From Botryllus schlosseri (taxonomy: Eukaryota), in contig CM119371.1 in assembly GCA_051294905.1 (NCBI GenBank), positions 36,086,001 through 36,150,000 on the forward strand: a stretch of DNA of 64,000 nt. The letters run 5' to 3'. This document shows positions 39,601 through 54,600 of this stretch, piece by piece. A program made the translations under genes and the position numbers. The notes under the pieces are model-generated. The model ran no database searches. It worked only from the letters and a program-made list of their open reading frames with translations, and was not told the origin of the DNA. Within the stretch, counting starts at the first letter, position 1; each line of letters begins with the position of its first letter.

Positions 39601-42600
39601 TGTTACTAACGCACCACTGAATGATCGCAAGGTTTCATCTCCAAGCATTCATCGATATCTTCGCACTGTCCCCCGTCCTGGCTTTGGTACCCATAGAAAC
39701 AGCTGCAATACAAATTAGTGATTAATTACAACTTAAAACTGGTATAAAGAAAACTTCACAGCGGAGGGAGATCTAGCTAGTTAACGGACAATTAACTACT
39801 GTTTTTGAGTAGTTCTAGTTCTAGTTGCCGATTCAGCCGCATCCTTCATTGCTTGACGAAACATCGTAACAGGTTAAGGCACAGGCTGGCAACAAACAAG
39901 ATTTGAATATGGAAAAAGTAACTTAAGTTTCAACTATAATTGCTACCGCATAGTTTTCTATATTGGCTTTATTTTGAGCGTGGATTACTCACACAAATCT
40001 CGCGACAAACCTAAGTTATGCAAACGTAATCACAAGGGCGATTTTTGTGACAGGTCAAATTGTAGCGTTTGGTCAATAAATTGTCAAAATTGTTTATAAA
40101 GTGAAAATTATTTTGAAGCCTGCAGTTTGTTTTATTGTAGATGTTTGCACTGTCTGCGAACTTATCATTTGACACAATGCAGCTTCAGCCTACTTTATAG
40201 CCTTACTGTTGTAGACGGCCCATTCTCTGCTCGTTGTGAATCATAATAGGTTGACATGGTGTTGTGCTCAATGTGTTATCATTGCATGGTTCTAATATTA
40301 AGAAGCGCATGATGAAAAAGTGTGATGTAGACTACATTGTCAGAATTAACACCAGCAGTGTATGCACAAACTCAGTGTTGCCAGCCAACAACTGCTGCTG
40401 TTGACCTTCTTTCTTCATTCTTGGCAAGCTACTTGGTAAGGACAGACACTTTCAAACCGAGAATGTAAGAAAGTAGCCTATATTTCATTGCACTACGTCA
40501 AATTTTGATTATTCCTATAATGTTGCGTGATGTAACTACTGGAATTCTGCATAGGTCCCGATTTCGTTAAAATGAAGTTTTTTTCGTGTAAAAATCTGTC
40601 AGTTTTTTCAGTCAAAAGTTTTTTCAGGTCAAACTATTTCGTAAGGACAGACAGATCCAACCAGAAATGAAGATAATTAGTACAATTCCAACATTATGTG
40701 CAAAGACACCTAATTTGCATACTTGAGGTCAAAACTTTGTCAGAATTAAGATTTCTTGGGTCAAAAAATGTGAAAATTTTGATTTTTCAGGTCAAAATCT
40801 TCCATTTTTTAGGTAAAAAAAATCGCCCTAGTAATCACGGTACATAAATAGACTAGACTTCAAAGCTGACGCATTTTCAGATCAGCTAATACAGAAGTTT
40901 TTGTCTACACATTCACATTACTAAATCGGTTTTAGAGTCCTAATTGCAAGTAACTTCTCGCGGGCTGCTCAGAGTCGCGTCACAGGCCGCATTAGGCCCA
41001 CGGGCCGCACAATGCCGAGGTCTGCTCAAAAACACACAGAAAATCAGAGTAAGGACCCATACATACGTGCAATAATACGATCCAACCGTGTTGTTACAAC
41101 TCTGCAGACAGCCTCCGTTTCCTGTCGCACATTCGTCCACGTCCTGATTGAAACGTAGAGGATATCAAAACTCAATATAAAGGCTAACTTACGCTGGTTA
41201 CACGTGTGTGTATCATACAACGTATCCTAAACTCGAGCTTGAGTTTGAACTGGTGTTGAAGGGTCGACGAGCCGAGGTCTCAAGCTTGGGAATCCCAGGG
41301 CTTGAATCGCTACTGAGCGTGGTTCACAAGACCACGGCTCGCTGATCTCGAATCTGAACCAGCTCACAACTTTGCTTGAACTAAATTGAGCAGAATCATT
41401 CATATTGAAATGAACCAATATATTTTCAGAGTTAATCGTCATCAACTAGTAGAAAATTGGAAATAACATAGTATATCAACAACGGTATCACAAAATATGA
41501 CGTCACCGGCATGAAATTTCTTTCCAATTCTCTACTAGTTGCGGCGATTACCCCTGACGAGTGTCAGCCGAAAATATTGGGGTTCATTTCAATATGACAT
41601 GATATCGTAATGGTGGAGAGTCCGGCTTCTTGATCGGTAGGTCATGTGTTCGATCCCCAGCCTGGTCAGACCAAAGACCTGATTAGTAACACTGGTATCC
41701 AGGACTTCCACACTTGGTTCCCAGCATTACCGGGATAGCATGGAGATGGAGTGCAAGACTTATAAAACCTTACAATGCTATATCTCCACCTTCCTTGTCC
41801 AGCGACATGTGCCCATCACGCACTCATGACATGCATATGCAGTATGCACATAACATGTGTATGTATATCATGAAAAACAGCAAAGGAAAAGATATACTAC
41901 GCTCTATACCTATGAATATACTATTCGAAGAAATTTCTATGGGGCATATTGCCCTCTTTTACTCTCAACACCCCCTCAACCACCCACTTTGCAGTTAGCG
42001 CCCCTGTCCATTGTCTAGGTCGCTAACTCCCACTGTGGTACCCCCAACGTCTGACATGGACAAAGTTTGAATAGCTGATACGTACAAGACACCGGACCCC
42101 AGATAGCGGGTCAATTCGATATCCCGCGATGCAGTCGCAGCTGAAAGATCCCACCGAGTTCTCGCAGTAGTGCTCGCAAGGTCCGCGGCCGCCGTTAGGA
42201 GCGCATTCGTCTGAAGAACGTTAGCCATTATCATCATCAACATCAACTTTTAATCAAATCAATGCACCATAAGAATGCAATATAATTAAAAGAGATCAGG
42301 GTGCCAAATGACAAGATCATCTTGGTCTACAGAAGTGTTTCCCAACGTGTGCGACATCGCCCCCCAGTGGGCGGAAAAGGAAGCACCAAACCAGCAATTA
42401 AGACATTGTAAGAACAAAAACGTTCTCCATCACATTAACCAAGTATCTAATAACTAATTAAAGCACTATCACGTTTATTTTATGTTGCATATATATTTAA
42501 TTGATCATTATAACTACGAGTTTTATTTTATCAAGAATTATGCTTCCTTTTTTCAAAAGGTTGAAAAAATATAGTGTCGGGGTTGATTTTTCAAAATTTG

Positions 42601-45600
42601 CCAAGGGTGACATGGTGTACTAAAGGTTAACAACAAATGGTTCACAGACTATCACGTTGACATACTTATATCGTCGCACGCGCCATCCGCCTCTCTCCCG
42701 GCAATCAACGCCTGTCCTTCGTAACAGGCGCAGTGGTAACTTCCAATCGTGTTGATACACTCCTGAACAGATAGACCTGGTGAATTTCCGCAGTACCGAT
42801 TAGGGCACAATAATCCTACTGCTCGAATGTAAATCGCGTATTCAGACCAGTAGGGCGAGATGATTCTTTCAAGTACTGAACTTATATGGTCCTTGTCATT
42901 ACATGTTACTTTATAAGCGAGAATTTCGATACTACCGTAGGTTTCCAAATATAGTACGCACTCATGTATAATACGCACCCTTAAAATGGAGACTAAATTC
43001 TGGGAAAAAGCCTATGCCAATCAATGACCTAATTTCGCCGTGATTGGCAACACGCTTCTCGCTGATTGGCGGCGCGTAACACTGATAATACGAATTACTG
43101 GACACGATGGCTGAATGTGATGAGTGATTAGAACAAACACGAAGAATGGCGTGATTTCAAATCATATTTCAAGGGAGATTTTTTTCAAGGCTTGTTGTAC
43201 CCATGCATAATAGGCACGCCCCGATTTTAGGACAAAATATCGGTAAAATTTTGCGCATCATATATGGAAAATTACGTATTTTTCACCGTGGAAGCCTCGG
43301 AACTTTATTTGGTTGTATCGCAGCATACGAAACACGAAGTACAAAGTAGCGAACGTTTGCGGCATATCTAGTCGTGATCAACCAAAAGCCTTCTCACAAA
43401 TTGCAAGGAAAAAGGTCTGGTCCAAAAATTATCAAAGTTTCTCCGATGTGATGGAGAATTGGCATTTTATTCATCCTGGTCGCATCCAAGGTACATAATT
43501 GACTCGACTTGAAACCTAATTCTCTACATCCAGAATCGAATCAAGCCGGTTCTTGATTTCGTCCAGCCCTAATCCTGATGCCGCAGCCAAAGACATACTT
43601 GCTGACAATTTCCGTTGTTAACGCCGCACTCGTCGAGATCGAGGCAGCCGGTTTCGTTCTGAAACAGTACAAAGCCATCTTCGCACGCCTGGCAGGAGAA
43701 GCCGCCCTCGTAATTGGCGCAGTCCGTGCAGTGTGCTGGTCTTCTGTCTGCGAAAACCGGAGACGGAATTGGTTTTGAAGCGTACTAACAATCAATACGG
43801 GTGGAAATATAAACGGAGAGGTCTGAGAAGTGCTTTCAGGTGGTCGTTAACGAAACCCTCCTACTTTTTTGAAGCGCTCAAGCAAGGTTGTAATAACACT
43901 AGTAACAACTCGACTTGACTCGTTGGCTCAACTTGACTCGAGTCCTTTTCCATTTTTAAGAAATTTACAACGGATACATTAGTCGGGTTATTAATACGAA
44001 TTTAATAACATCCTGAATAGTGTATGGTAGTGGTTTGTAGCACACTAGAGAAATCTATTCACGCGTTGATGCAATGGCTATGTCGACTGAAACCAGGTTT
44101 AATTGTTGACGAACATACCAACATTTCGTTATTTTCAAAGCAGTTTTTTCTCGGATACAACTGTCAATTTTAGTCAAAACAAAAAAACATGTTTGCATAC
44201 CCATTAACGTACAAATAACAACAGCATTTTGATTGCAATGACCATAGAATAGGATTTGGAAGAGACATCCGAGATTCATTGAATTTGTCGTGAAAATGGG
44301 CTGTTCTTATGCAAAACGATTACTTGATTTTACTTCCAATTGGATTATCTACCCACCTATATTTGATTACAGTACATCGTGAGGAGTATTGTTGAAGTTA
44401 AGTTGAATTCCAGACAATGTGCTCATGATTTGCGGTATGATTTCTTGTTTACGAGTTGTTTACGAATTTCTTCGAGACATAGCAGCCTGATTATGATGTG
44501 GACATCACCCTTCTCGTCTGCAATGTCATGACGCATGGTAATATCTGCTTTGAATTCGTATATGCTTGTCTGCATGAGTTATCGTAAATATGATGCAATT
44601 CTTTCCCAAAATTCCAGAAAGACCCGCGTGACACCTGAGAATCTGTGGCCGCGGCACACAGTTTGGGAATCACTGGTGTGTGGACTCAATAATAAGGTCC
44701 GTACTGGTTAGACGTGTCTTGGAATAGCTATTTCTAATTGTAACGGTGTTACGTCCAATTCTACTAGACTAACTAGAGCACCTATGCTGACTGATCTAAC
44801 CACCACAGCCGGTATGTATTAAGACTCTGAATAACACTCGGATATTGAGATACTGACCCGGCGCGCATTCATCAGTGTCTCTGCAGCCGTTCGGGTCGAA
44901 AGGATTGAGTTCGTAGCCCTCAAAACACGAGCAGGCCCATCCGCCCGGGTAGTTGGTGCAGTCCTGTTCGCACTTCATGCCCTCCGTGGTGCATTCGTTG
45001 ACATCTGAGTGATTAAAAGATGGATGACTCGCTAGGTTAGAGTTTCTGCCGCAGCACCTAATTTTGGTCACATATTCTGATACATGTTTACATTATCGTC
45101 TGACACTCATCGGGGGTAATTGTCAGCAACTAGTAGAGTACTACCGACCTTCAAAAATCCGCATTAAACTAACTAATACAAAACTAAATAGTTCCAATTT
45201 CGAAGCGACCCATTAATTTTTACTTCGTCAGAGTCGTATCTGCTTTCTACCTGAACATCAGTAGGCCTACAAGTTTCAAATTGGAAGGGTTTTTCCAAAT
45301 CAGACTAGAATTTGAATTATAATTATTGAATTCGTGCGCAGCTCATAGTTCAAAATATTATGACGTTTATGATCATAATATTTCTTGATGTGTTTCTACT
45401 TCTGCATCAAAATTACTGCTTTTGTGGTAACCACGCACATCGCCCGTACAAGTGAGCACGGCGTTGCATTAACGTGAAGTTTTAAAAACGTGATCGCAAC
45501 TAGAATGTTGTTCGCGGACTGCAAGCTACCACGCCAAAACATGGCTATTATTCGATACAATAACTACTATGATTGTACGTCGGTGTAAGTTATGCAATGG

Positions 45601-48600
45601 CCGCTTGGCATTGGGTTTTCCTGCGCGAGAAGGATATTCTTGCTGAAAAATGCCGCGGACAAAGAGGCATTTTCAGGAAAACAATAAATTAGATTGGAAC
45701 TAAAATTAGAGCACAAAAACATGTAACAAATTAGATTATAATTAGAATTAGAGCATAGAAACATTAACAAATTAGATTAGAATTAGATTACTGTGATTTC
45801 GCTCTAATTTAGTGAAAGTTAGACAACTAGAATTATTTAGTTGTCCAAGTATGGTCAGTGGTGTGGAGCATGGACCGGAGCCGGATCGGATATCAGGCTG
45901 GACTTTTTCATATTTGGCCAGAGCCGGAGCGCAGCCGCTCCTCAGATTCGAAAAACAGGACCGGAGTCGGACCAGAGAATTTGTTGATCCGCTCCGCGCT
46001 AGTGTCTTCTAAATGTTTGACAACCTTTTTTCAATGCTTGAACTAGAACTAGAACTAGAACTACCTAAAAAAACAGTAGTTAGCTGGCCGTCAACTAACT
46101 GTATTTATAGTTTGTACAATTGTGACCCGTGGTCTGACTCATGGCGGACCGACTCACCGTCGCAAGTCCTACGGTTCGTGCTCAGACTGTAGCCCTCGCC
46201 GCAGTCGCAGTAGTAGGAACCCGCTTCGTTCACGCACAACTGCTCGCAGCCGCTCTGGTAATTGCGATCCCGGCATTCGTCGATATCTGAAACGGGGTGA
46301 ATACAGATTGATATGCTTGTCAACTCTATATGTACACAATTTTAATCCTGTTCAAATTAGATTAGGTAGCGAGATAGCGTAGTGGTATAATCCACTGCTG
46401 CCACACCAATGGGTTAGGGGGTTCGAGTCCGACCGAGGTCGACTCCATAATTACTACCTAAGTGTTGGAGGTTTATCTAGGCTTCTCCTCGCCTCGTGAT
46501 CCGCGTAAGCGGTGTCTTCTAGAAAGCAGTGTTGGGATGACTCGACTCATGACTTGACTCGAGTCAGACTCGAGTCAACTTTTTCGTATGACTTGACTTG
46601 ACTCGAGTCACTTTGAAAAAATGACTTGGCTTGACTTGACTCGGAGCTTCAAAAATGTGCATTGACTCGTGACTCGGAGCAAAATTTACGAGTCAATTTC
46701 AAGTCATCAAGTAAACGGTGTCGAATAAATCACTGCATCTTGTGTATGTTCTGATTGTTCGAGATACACCGGTGTCACTTGTGAGAACAACCAGTCATTC
46801 GCTGATTGTACGTTACAAAGGTTCCTCTATTGTTAGATCACAAAAAATTGACCGCAAAGTAGAAAATTACCCTAAATAGCAATGTGTCTCTGTTTTTTAT
46901 ACGGCTCAATGCTGACGTTGCCCAGTGCTCACATTTACCAATCCTCTTGTATGATTTAAATCGAACGAATATATTGCGTGCGTTTATATTCTCACGGATG
47001 TGTAGATGGGTAGTGTAGGCTATTGTACAACATCAATGTGTTTCAACATCTCAATGATTCGTATTAGGTCCTATGTTTTGGCTGATAAGAACTGACTGAA
47101 GTATGTAGCTGTACAGTTACTCACGTACTTTATTAGCAGTTCTACATGTGCGTGAGCGATACACCGTCTTTTTGCATGTGTATTTAATTGGATATTTGTT
47201 ATTTGATTAAGATAAATGATTGATTAATCTGTCTTTCACACAGCTAGCAAAATGTGATGACTTTGAATCATACCTCATACTTCGAAAATTCAATTTGACT
47301 TGAATTGTGACTTGACTCGTGACTTGACTTGACTCGACTTGACTCGAGTCACCTCCAAAAAACGAGTGACTTGACTTGACTCGAGTCAAAATCTACAATG
47401 ACTCGAGATGACTCGTGACTCGAAGGTAGTGACTTGATCCCAACACTGCTAGAAAGCCTACAAGTGGGCCGTGCTACAAGTCGGTTAAATACGGAATCAA
47501 GAATAAAAAAGAGCACCGGCCTGGTGTAAAATGACCAATGTAGTCGAAACACCATGAATATTAAAACAAAAACAAGATAAAACAAAAAAATTGATTAGAA
47601 CCAGAATTATAAATACCCAATTTTCTTTGAACAAATCAGATTAGAAGAGCTTCTTGGGGGGTACAGGACTTCCATATACAATTGTATAGTATATTCATAT
47701 TGTAATACATCAGAATATTTTCGGGCTGACACTCGTCAGGGGTAATCGTCAGTAACTGGCAGAGAATCGGACAGAACATTGTAGCCTATATCAACAATGG
47801 TATCACAAAATATGACATCGCCGGCGTGAAATTTCGTATGATCAGGGCTGAGATTAGAATTAGTACTCGGGTCATTCCGTGTAACCCACCATCTTGGATT
47901 TTCTTGAAAATTGGTGAGATGAGAAAACTTTTTATCTCATTTCAGATAAACAAATTTGATCAAAATCAACGCTATATATGATCGTTCAAATCTTCATCGC
48001 TGGATTATACAGTTATTCAGTAGCATTATAAGAAAAACCTGAAATTATATTAGTTTTAATTAGAACTGGCGCTGCAAATGGACTTGAATTCCGAATGGGA
48101 CAGAAATATAACAAAAATTCCGCTCATTTCATACAAAATCAAAGATTATTCTTGTAAGCATTAGAATAGCAAATATCTGTACACTAGGGCTCTTCAAAAA
48201 TGGCTTTTTTCTCAAATCGCACTGGCTACATGATAAAATTGTCAGGTTACCTAATTTATGCCTACACGCCAAATTTGATTCAATTCCAGCCAGTAGCCGC
48301 ATTGCTACAGGAGAAGAAATTTTCTATTTATTATATAAAAATAAATACCAAAAAAATTTGAAAATTTTCTGTTCACCCCATTCAAGTGTTATAGAAGCGA
48401 TGTTCACCAAATTTGGTTGAATTCCAACCCGTGGAAGCGGAGTTATCGCCGTCGAAAAATTTGAATTATGAATAAAATAGTATTTGCGTTGACCAATTCT
48501 TTAATTATTTATCATAGTGGTGCCCATCGTAACTACTATTTTATAGATAATCCAAATTTTTCGACGGCAATAACTCCGCTTCCGCTGGTTGGAATTGAAC

Positions 48601-51600
48601 CAGATTTGGACTGTAGGCTTAAATTAGGTAACCTAACAATTTTATCAAGTAGCCAGTGCGATTGGAGAAAAAAAGTCATTTTTAAAGAGCCCTACTGTGC
48701 ACTGTACAGATTGGCTCATGTAGCACTATAAAGTTCTCCTGTAGTATTATCAGAAAAACCAAAAATTAGATTAATAATAATAAGAACTGGGGTAGGAAAT
48801 TGAATTAAATGCTAAATAGAAATACACACAAAAAAAATCTGGCTCAGTTCATATCAAACCATTGTTCACTCTCCTAAACATTAGAACGGCAAATGTATGT
48901 ACAGCTTGACTCATTTAGAACTATACAGTTGCCCTGTAGCATTTTCAGACAAACCAGAGAATAGATTAGAATTAGAATTAGAGCATTGAAGCATTTCACA
49001 AAATAGATTAAAATCAGATTCTCGGCACTTCTAGGCAACTGGAATGATCCGGAGCAGTGGTTCCCAACCTTCTTTTAGACACGCCCCCCTTTATGATAGT
49101 GAAAAATTTCGTGCCCCCCTTATCGTCATATCACAAAATCCAAACGGGATGCTGGCAACCTCAGCAGATCGTTTGATGGCATGGAAGGTTATTACTGTTG
49201 ATGAGAGAATAAAAAAATATGAAATTCGGTCTATATATAGAGAAACACGCATGGGTTGGAGGTAAATCGCGTGGATCGCGATATTTTTTTCAGTTGACCG
49301 CTTCTTCGCGCCCCCCGTCAGATGCTTTCACGAAACTTGCGAACCACCGGTCTAAAGTTATCTAGATGTCCAAGTCTATAGGCCTACAGCTCCCCTTGAG
49401 TCTACGCCTGAATTTCTGTCAGCTGCGGTACATTTCCGATCTCACCTGTACAGTTGTGCCTGTCAGCTGCGATCGTGTATCCAGGATTGCACGTGCAATG
49501 GTACGCTCCGCCGTTTCCGATCAGGTTGCAGTTCTGTTCGCAGCCTGCGTTGTCCACCGCGCACGTGCGGTCTGAAACATTAGCAATTTTGTTATAGCTA
49601 ATCAATATCACACAGTTCCCAATCGCCGCCAACTTCTCAAGCTCCTAACACCCACAGCCCACATGGATTGAAAATATTGTGCACACATTCAAAAATTCAC
49701 AGGTTACATACTGGTGTATTAGTTTCACGACAACTGAAAACATTTCCAACGATTTCGCTTATTTTTAGTGTGATCAGTATGGCAGGTTTTTGTTGCAGTC
49801 AAATCCATGGAGAGTGGCACTTATTTTTCACAAAAGTGGCACTAAAAGGGATATTGATGGACAAGTTCCGTGAAACTATTAGGGTGCAAGATACTCGAAT
49901 CGTTCCGTATCAAAAGCACTGGAGCAAAACTCAATGTTGGCGATTTCAACAAAATCAATAGCCTGAAGAAAATTGGGCGCTTCTTCGATATACCCCTGAG
50001 ATCAAAATCTATAAACGGAAAAATAAAGTCTTTTTGTGTTTGGATTGGGATGGAATTGGAGTTGTGGTTACTGGATATTAGGGTTGGAAGTAGGTTAGGG
50101 TTAGGGGTGGTAGATATTAGGGTTGTGGGGGAGGGATATTAGGGTTGCGAGTGGGAGATATTAGGGTTGGAGGATGACGGATGTTAGGGTTGGGGGATAA
50201 AATATATTAGGGTCGGGGTTTCGCACGCTAGTTCGGGGATTTTATCACCCCTAACCCTAACATGTCATTCATACAACCTTAATATCTGTCATCCCTTAAC
50301 CCTAATATCTCTCACCCACAACCCTAATATCGGGATACCCTAACCCCAACCATAACCCTGACCCACTTCCAACCCTAATAGTCCGTACCCAACACGAAAA
50401 AATAATTTATTTTTCAGTCGATAAATTTTGATATGTTTGATGTCGGGGGTATATCGAAGAAGCGCCGAAGCTGTCTAGCCTGATTGTGAGTCAAATCAGG
50501 AAGGACCTCAAATTTAAACGACACTGAAATAATTAAGCGATATATTTACATGTAGTTGCATGAAGAATCGAAAAAAGCACAAAAAGTTGCATGACAAAAT
50601 GAAGATTCCTTTAAACGGCATAAAACACCATGCTACATCACTTATGGGTATTTACGAAGCTGTCGAAAGTTGTTAAAAAAGTCGCCCTAGGGATCAGTTA
50701 TTTGTCGTTACTCGCGAAGATGCATATTGCAATTTCGGATGGAGATACAAATAACCACAAAAACTAAATAAAACCTGGTCCAAAGCCACTTTTGACATGG
50801 TGTAATAAGCAAGAATTGCTTGGAGTCTCATCTTGAATACAGTGTGTCTCATCTTACCCTCACATCGGGGTAAGTTGAGACATTTGAGCAGGGATGTGCG
50901 GGCCAAGAAATCCAGAAGTATGTTGTTCAATATAACTCAAGACATAGTCATGAATAGTTCAGATAACAAGCTTTTCATTGATACCAAAATTAACCATGAG
51001 AAGGCAATACTCTTCGAGTGGCGTTGAAATATCAGAAAAGTGTCTCATCTTGGCCGCCTCTCCCCTGCGTATTATCTCCTAATATCTTAGCCCCATTGAC
51101 TGACCTGTACAATTTCTTTGGTCTGGAGACAAAATCAGACCAGGTTGCAGGCATTCGCATTGGTAGGATCCGTCGGAGTTGGTACAGTGGTCTTGACAAT
51201 CACCGTTGTTGGTCTCACACTCGTTTACATCTGAAATTTAGTATCTGTATTTTATTCACTGTTTATTTTTATACTGTGATACTACTCTGATCCTGATATG
51301 GAATATAGGGAAGATGTGGGACCTATGACACGGAAAATCCAAAATAAACTCTGGCCTCGAAACCTTCAGCCGAGAACCGCAGACTTTTGCTCGCCCAACA
51401 CTTTGGCCCAAGTTCTACCCTTTGGTGAACATATCCAGGAATCTCCGACTTCTCAAAATATGGTTATAAACGTATAAAATTTGTTGTTCCAAATTTCCAA
51501 ATACTCAAATGTCACGAAGTTTCTTGCTGTCGATTATTATCTAAGCCACAACACGCCAAAGAAGACGTTTGGTATCTACCTTCAAGAAATGAAACGAATA

Positions 51601-54600
51601 ATAACTCAAATGTCGTCATAAAATGATGTCTCATTTCAAGCGACAACTTACAATATTTGAGGTTACACACATATTGCCCATATAACAAACCAAGACTTCA
51701 TTCCTTTACAAATAATTTTTCAACGCATTGAAGTAATACAATTTATAACTGTAGTCAAAGTCAGAACATGGCAAAAGCATTCTAGAAAACAAAACTTACA
51801 TACCGGTATTTAAATGGATTGAAAAATAATTATATTGTAAACGATCAATACCATTTTGAGGTGAGATATAAGACAAATAGCTATTCTGTTCGTTCACATA
51901 AATCTGTCGCTGAACCCATGAAATTACTTTAAGAAACCATGTCGTATTTTAGCCATTCATCAGGACTTGTGCATGACATATCAAGGCTTGGGTACCTGTT
52001 CTGCCATAGCACAGAATGCGAGTTCCAGATGGCTCGGTATGGCAGGAAAATAAAACAGGTTAAAATGACATGCGGCTTTTTTGTCTTTTCGCATTTCTAT
52101 CGTTATATGATTAGTAGGTTAGTCGAAACTATTTTACTTGATTTTGATTTGGTGCATCATCAGTGCCAACTTTATAACCACCACTGGTGGTGGTGACGAC
52201 ACATGTCGATTATGCAACTACCGCCTTTTACGACACCCTGCACCACAATCTTAAAATCACTATCTCTTTGCTCTTACCGTAACACTGAGCTTCTCCTTTT
52301 GGCGCGTAATATCCCAGCCTGCACGAACACTGAGGCATGTTACCGTCAGCCATGCTGCAACCATACTTGCATACATCGTTGATATCATCGCAAGAAGCTG
52401 TCATGAAAGCACATGCGGTCCTCAAAATGGAGTATCGATGTATCTCATATTTTATACCTTTGTAGAACAGTAAATATGAATCCTGTGTATTTTATATTGA
52501 CAACAGGAGCACTAACACAGGAAAGAACGCGACAATTACTCATTCTGATGGGAGGTACACAAAAGTCAGGGCAGAACACGGAATAATTATAATTAATATG
52601 AAAAGCAGGGCTGCGTAATGACTCGAATCATGACTTCACTCGAGTCGCGATTTTTGGGGACTCGATTTGACTCGAATCATTTTTCAAATGAATTAAATGA
52701 CTCGGCTCGACTCAAGTCAATTTTTGTATTGACTCCACTTGTACTCGAGTCATTGTGCGTGACTCGAACCAAGTCATACGACGCGAGACTAGGGCGGCCT
52801 AGACAGACAGTTCACTGTAACTCCGAAGAAGAGTAAAGTCACCACATTATTGAATTTCGTCTATCAGTCCCGATACTCGGAATATTGGCCAGAAACTTTT
52901 AAGATTAAAGAATATAAGATATTATGAATACAAGCCATTCTATATCACTCGAGCAGAGTTGAAAAAAGTGAGTTTATCCGGATTGAACTGAAAACTGAAC
53001 AGAGAACATAACGACTTGGACTCGGACTCGAGCCACAACACTATGACTCGGACTCGACCCCCCACTAGCTGATTTGGACCCAGTCCTGACTCGGTGGTGA
53101 ATCAAAAAAGACTCGACTTGACTCCATTCAAAACTACACAAGTGAGATTGACTTGTGACTCGGAACCTTGCGTCTTGGTTACAACCATGGTACTCAGTGT
53201 CAGCGCTGAAGTAGCGTCATAAATTTCTATACTCAAATTCAAGTAACTCTGAATCACTTGAAAATGCTGCAATCATAAAAACGATTATGATCACAAATCA
53301 CGATTGCCATATGCCTGTACCGAATAAGATTACTTGGTGACTTCTACTTATGAACAGTAAGGTTGTTCACAAAAAAACTTTTCCTTCAGATTTCACCGGC
53401 TACTTGATAAAAGAGTTAGGTTGGTTAAAAAGAACGCTGCACAACAACTTTGGCTCAATTCCAACCAGTAGAAACGAGATTCTTGCAGCAGAAAGTTTTG
53501 AATTTATCCTTAAAAAATAAAAAATGAAAATTTTTAAAAGTTTTTCCTCAACCCCATAAAATTGCTAGGCTGTCAGTGGAGAAGATGCACATCAAATTTG
53601 GCTTAATTCCAACCTCTAGAAGCGAAGTTATTGCGGTAGAAAAATTTGGATTTGAATAAAATAGTATTTACGGTGACTGACTCTCTAATTATTTGTTATA
53701 AAATCATGGAATTAGAAATTATTCTACTGCAAAAACTTCGCTTCTAGTGGTTGGAATTGAGTCAAATTTGGTGTGCATCATCTCTACTGACAAATTAAAA
53801 ATTTTATGGGCTCGACAGACAAATTTTGAAATTTTATTTTTCAATGATAAATTCTAAACTTTCTACTGCAAGAATCTCACTTCTACTGGATGGAATTGAG
53901 TCAAAGTTGGTGTGTAGCATTTTTTTAACCAACCTAATGATTTTATCAAGTAGCCAGTGAAATGTGAAAGAAAAGTTTTTTTTGAATAGCCCTAATGAAC
54001 AGGTTGAAAGAGCTTACCGACAACTTTATACACAAGCTCGAATCCACGTCTCGTGCTGCTACGATCCGACACGAAATTGACTATCGCGTGCGATCCCGGA
54101 ACGACATACGAGTTTCCGCTCAAGTCTCCGCACAACTTCGGACCGATCTGTTCCCCAGAGCGGGTCTTGATGGTGACGTAATCCATGACGCAGTAGGAGG
54201 AGCTCTCGAGTCTGCAAAAGCATCACTGGGTTAGGTTTAAGGATGACCGTAACAATCCCAGTATAGATTTTGATGATTCAAATCGATAATAGCAGCAACT
54301 CGGTTCAAAAATGAAACTCTTCTTTCAGATCTCACAGGCTACTTGATAAAATTGTTAGGTTGGTTAAAAAACGCTGTACACCAACTTCGGCTCAATTGCA
54401 ACCAGTAAAATCGAGATTCTTGCAGGAGAAAGTTTTGAATTTATCATTAAACAAATAAAAAAATTAAATTTCAAAAGTTTTCTGCCGACCCCACGAAATT
54501 GTTAGGCTGGCAGTAGAGATGGTGCATACCTAATTTAGCTCAATTCCAACCACTAGAAGCGAAGTTATTGCAGTAGAAAAATTTCTAATTCCATGATTTC

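Noticed and set aside
50078..50378. Chromosome fusion site
   Set aside because: Telomere-like units are degenerate, spaced, and bounded by exact TIRs within an intact gene's intron.
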